64,000 bases of DNA from Amoebophrya sp. A120 (lineage: Eukaryota > Protista > Dinoflagellata): assembly GCA_905178155.1 (NCBI GenBank), contig CAJINV010000011.1, forward strand, positions 307,914 through 371,913. Reading direction: 5' to 3'. Numbering within the stretch: the first letter of the stretch is position 1; every line of letters starts with the position of its first letter. Positions 61,801 to 64,000 of the stretch are shown here, one piece after another. Under the pieces are notes generated by a model. That model was not told where the DNA came from and did no database searches. It saw nothing but the letters and a program-made list of their open reading frames with translations. A program made the translations under genes and the position numbers.

Positions 61801-64000
61801 GCAGGGTCGTGGTGCATGAGCGATCTTGGTGTTTATCTTTGCCTTTAGAACAAGTGTCGTCTACAGCTTCTTCGCCGAAGTAGAAGAATTTGTGCCGGTT
61901 CTGCGCGAGAGGGTCGAGGACCGCCTTTTCCGGAAACAAATAGTCCACGTACAAGGCTTTCTTTCGCAGCTGCTCTGGATCTTTGGACGATCCGGAAGCT
62001 GTGGTTGTTCCAGACACTTCGTGCAGCAGATCCAGCTTTTTCTGCAAAAGACCACCTCCCGGGTTGTTCCTTCCGTGCGAAGAAAAACCAGTAGTACAGC
62101 CCGAATTGACTGTCTGGCGCACGAGTTTGTAATGGTTCACCATTCTGCTGGTTTTTTCAGAAAGAACTTTTGCGTGATTCATCGACGAGTCCGGACAATC
62201 CTCGTGCCTCGGAGCATCTGGTTTTGCGGGAGAGGTTACACGACCAGCGGCAGTGGTTGAACCGATTTTCGCTTTGTTAGTTTCATCGTCCCCGTCTTGT
62301 TCGTCCAGGTGGTCCTCATCTTCAACAACATCTTCACCAGCGGTGGAGCGCAAATCTTGTTCGGGAGAAGGAGCACCTGGTCCTCCTCGTCGCCCACAAA
62401 AACGATCTTCATTCGTCGGAACAACGATTCTGGAAGTCGTCGGAATCAGGGAAGAAGATAAATGATGTAACAGATCGCAATAAACGTCCGTGATTTTTCT
62501 TTCGTTTTGTTTCTCCTCCAGAAAAGAAGCGGAATATCCCGGGTCCAGTTCGTAAACTAAATGTTGTACGTTCTTGCTCATCGTGGTCTTTTGCTCGAAT
62601 AAGTTGTGCATCTTTGTTCCGCGGTTCTTTTTCGTCTTTTGCTCGACAAATTCATCCACGTCGCTGCTGCCCGTCGTCTCGGAATCCGGATCAAAGTTCT
62701 TCGGCTTTCGCCACTTCCACGCGAGCTGTTGGGGCGGACAGATCGGCTTGGTTTTGTTCAATATTTGCTCCATTTTTCTTGGCGAGGAAGAGGACGTCGA
62801 CCTGGTCGAAGATATACTCCGGCTTCGCGTCGAACTCGTGGCCTGCTCGTCTACTTCATGACCCACCTTTTCGGAAAACAGGTTTAACTTCTCGCCGTCG
62901 GGATTATAACGCCTGACTTTGTCAAACACCGAATTCTTGGCGTGCTTATTCGGCCGGCCCAAGGCTTTGTGTTTCTTGAATTCCGCGTCACAGATAACTG
63001 CTCTCTGCAACTGCGCACACTTGATGGTGGTTGAACGTTTATTATTGGGTGGGACAACTGCTGGATCGGGATCCACTGGAACTGATTTAACATCTTTGTT
63101 GAGTGTAGTATTTTGATGTTTCTGGCTTACCAGCAGCTTGTTGTTCACTGCGGTAGTAGTGGAAGCTCCTGCTGCATTCCCTGTCGTGGTCGATGCAGCG
63201 TTCTTGTTCTTAGGAGGTGGCAGCATCACAGTTTTCGCCGCTGATGTCTTCGTAGTTCCAGAAGCTACCACTTTTACTGCAGCACCTCCCGCTGCCCCTA
63301 CCGTATTATTACCGGCCGCCGCGGGCTTTTTTGCTTCGCCGCGCAGGTTCGGGAGCTTCTTCAAAAATTGCGCCCCGGCAAGCTGCGGCTGCCCCGCCGG
63401 GGGTTTCTGTTTAGAAGTATTTCCAGCTTGTTTTTTTACCGTGGCTCCTGCTGCGGCTCCTGCCTGTCGACGCTGCGTCCGTACGCCGGCAGCTGTCTTT
63501 CCCGCCAAGGTAGTTGGACTGCCCACGGCTTTCTGGATGTCTTCTTTCGTGCACTTTTTCCCGTTTTTCACCAAATCGGCGAGGGCCGCGAGCTTGGCCG
63601 TTTGCGTTTCCTTCTTCGTCTGAGCCGCGCCGGTTTTCGCAGCGTCCCCATTTTTGATGCGCTCCGGGATGGGCAGGACGGTGCGAACGGCTGTACTTTT
63701 GGCGACAGTCGTATGATGTTGAGCATGCACTACGGGTCGCGCTCGCGCAGCTGTTGCACCAGCCAGTGCAAAACGGGAACGCAACAATCTGCGGAGTTCG
63801 TAGTCGTCTTCCTGGTGGCGAATGCAGGCGCGCCGTTTCTTAGGCGAATTCTGCAAAAACTTGGTTAACGCCAGCTGAGCCGCTTTCGGCGAGTTGCCGC
63901 CGTGTTCGTGCGGTTTCTTGTCCAAGAACCGGGGCTCTGTACGACCGGAAAAAAACTCGTCACCGAAGAGAAAGCTGTTTAAGCTCGGCCAGTGGGGGAC
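43859..64000 (-). CDS. Giant (>5680 aa, 5' end outside window) low-complexity protein with AT-hooks and SPxK-rich repeats
   Basis: ORFs from 60752..63925 down to a stop at 43859 join in one frame (5683 codons) after removing 12 introners and GT-AG introns 60851-60954 and 60184-60307; AT-hook-like KKGRPLGSKNK (~56315-56350) and KPRGRPKK (~56090-56113). The 51648 and 60184 junctions are the least certain. Confidence 0.7.
44010..44162. mobile_element. Introner (short class)
   Basis: TATCCTGCGTAAAAGTAT...ATACTTTTGCAGTGCATA; direct repeat AGCTT. Confidence 0.93.
44718..45011. mobile_element. Introner (GTAAAAACGT family, inverted relative to 29576)
   Basis: TATCCTGAGTAAAAACGTC...GACGTTTTTTCACAGGATA; direct repeat TCGGT/TCGAT. 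Confidence 0.92.
45707..45875. mobile_element. Introner (short class)
   Basis: TATGAACTGCAAAGGCATCGCACTC...GAGTACGATGCTTTTGCAATTCATA; direct repeat CACGC/CACGT. Confidence 0.9.
46015..47080 (-). repeat. Coding tandem repeat, 81-bp unit (27 aa, KRSPSKAKSPAPKAKARARSPSKNKDA), ~10 near-identical copies plus degenerate flanks
   Basis: GCGTCCTTGTTC recurs at 46096, 46177, 46258, 46339, 46420, 46501, 46582, 46663, 46750 and 46837. Confidence 0.95.
47116..47393. mobile_element. Introner (GTCTGGGTCTGG family)
   Basis: TATCAAATGCAAATATGTCTGGG...CCCAGACACATTTGCAATTGATA; direct repeat GATCA/GATCC. Confidence 0.92.
48410..49880 (-). repeat. Diverged coding repeats (APAVQ..., four TAD(A/E)LWD(M/L)LG motifs)
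   Basis: Recurrent peptide blocks in ORF 47164..50199. Confidence 0.7.
50188..50456. mobile_element. Introner (relative of GTCTGG family)
   Basis: TATGGACTGCAAATATCCCTGGATG...CATCCAGGGATATTTGCATTTCATA; direct repeat AGAAC. Confidence 0.95.
51648..51811. mobile_element. Atypical introner with a duplicated left TIR and no direct repeat
   Basis: GATCCTGTGCAAAAG-TATCCTGGCGAAAAGTATCGTAC...GTACGATACTTTTGCAGTTCATA; flanks CGTCG/CTAGC. Confidence 0.75.
52381..52633. mobile_element. Introner (GTCTGGGTCTGG family, TAC left end)
   Basis: TACCAAATGTAAAAATGTCTGGGTCTGGAA...TTCCAGACCCAGACACTTTTACATTTGATA; direct repeat AGTTC. Confidence 0.95.
55090..55340. mobile_element. Introner (GTCTGG family)
   Basis: TATCAAATGCAAATATGTCTGCGTCT...CCAGACCCAGAAATATTTGCAATGCATA; direct repeat CCACG/TTACG. 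Confidence 0.88.
55571..55746. mobile_element. Introner (short class)
   Basis: TATGCATTGCAAAAGTATC...GATACTATTGCAGTGCATA; direct repeat AGAGC/ACAGT. Confidence 0.85.
57422..57643. mobile_element. Introner (GTGCACAACTC family)
   Basis: TATGACACTGCACAACTCCCC...GGGGAGTTGTGCACTGTCATA; direct repeat TCCTG. Confidence 0.95.
57738..57991. mobile_element. Introner (GTCTGGGTCTGG family, inverted relative to 52381)
   Basis: TATCAAATGTAAAAATGTCTGGGTCTGGAA...TTCCAGACCCAGACATATTTGCATTTGATA; direct repeat GCGCG. Confidence 0.95.
60385..60706. mobile_element. Introner (CCCCTCCCCATAT family)
   Basis: TATCAGAAAGAAACATCCCCCCTCCCCATATCGA...TCGATATGGGGAGGGGGGATTTTTCCTCTCAATA; direct repeat TGCCC; body closely resembles 36162-36489. 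Confidence 0.95.
60851..60954 (-). other. Canonical GT-AG intron (104 nt)
   Basis: GAAG|GTAGCT...CAAAG|GTACT joins REAE to GTTLPSGRLLQHLDD in frame. Confidence 0.65.

Noticed and set aside
12811-63925. Numerous plus-strand ORFs of 60-290 aa
   Set aside because: Antisense shadows of long minus-strand exons with no recognisable motifs.
1-64000. Telomeric repeats, dinoflagellate spliced-leader relics, tRNA/rRNA genes, transposase or reverse transcriptase ORFs
   Set aside because: None recognised by eye; a covariance-model or HMM scan would be needed to exclude them.

Overview
Eukaryotic, gene-dense window. Every supportable gene lies on the minus strand. The dominant feature is a set of 37 short (145-328 bp) elements that interrupt coding sequence. 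They typically begin TAT and end ATA, have terminal inverted repeats (TIRs), lack GT-AG ends, and are flanked by 5-bp direct repeats. Removing an element plus exactly 5 nt restores the reading frame at each junction I translated by hand. This rebuilds a complete MDR/quinone-reductase gene (9 elements), a signal-peptide (pseudo)kinase (3), a ~2000-aa FkbM methyltransferase-domain protein (9), a small secreted protein (1), a ~2050-aa low-complexity protein (1) and a >5680-aa AT-hook/SPxK-repeat protein (12). A few ordinary GT-AG introns also occur. Non-canonical TIR+direct-repeat 'introner' introns with co-oriented genes match what is known for the parasitic dinoflagellate Amoebophrya (Syndiniales); the taxon is my inference. 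How these introns are removed is, to my knowledge, unresolved. The window offers clues: members of one family occur in both orientations, a GCAT(G/T/C)ACAAAT motif is shared across families, one internal repeat shows an empty insertion site, and mismatched direct repeats may map the junction. Also present: a ~70-bp two-variant satellite at the window start and a 1.39-kb palindromic-array insertion between perfect 46-bp direct repeats. All coordinates were read by hand; no database searches were run.
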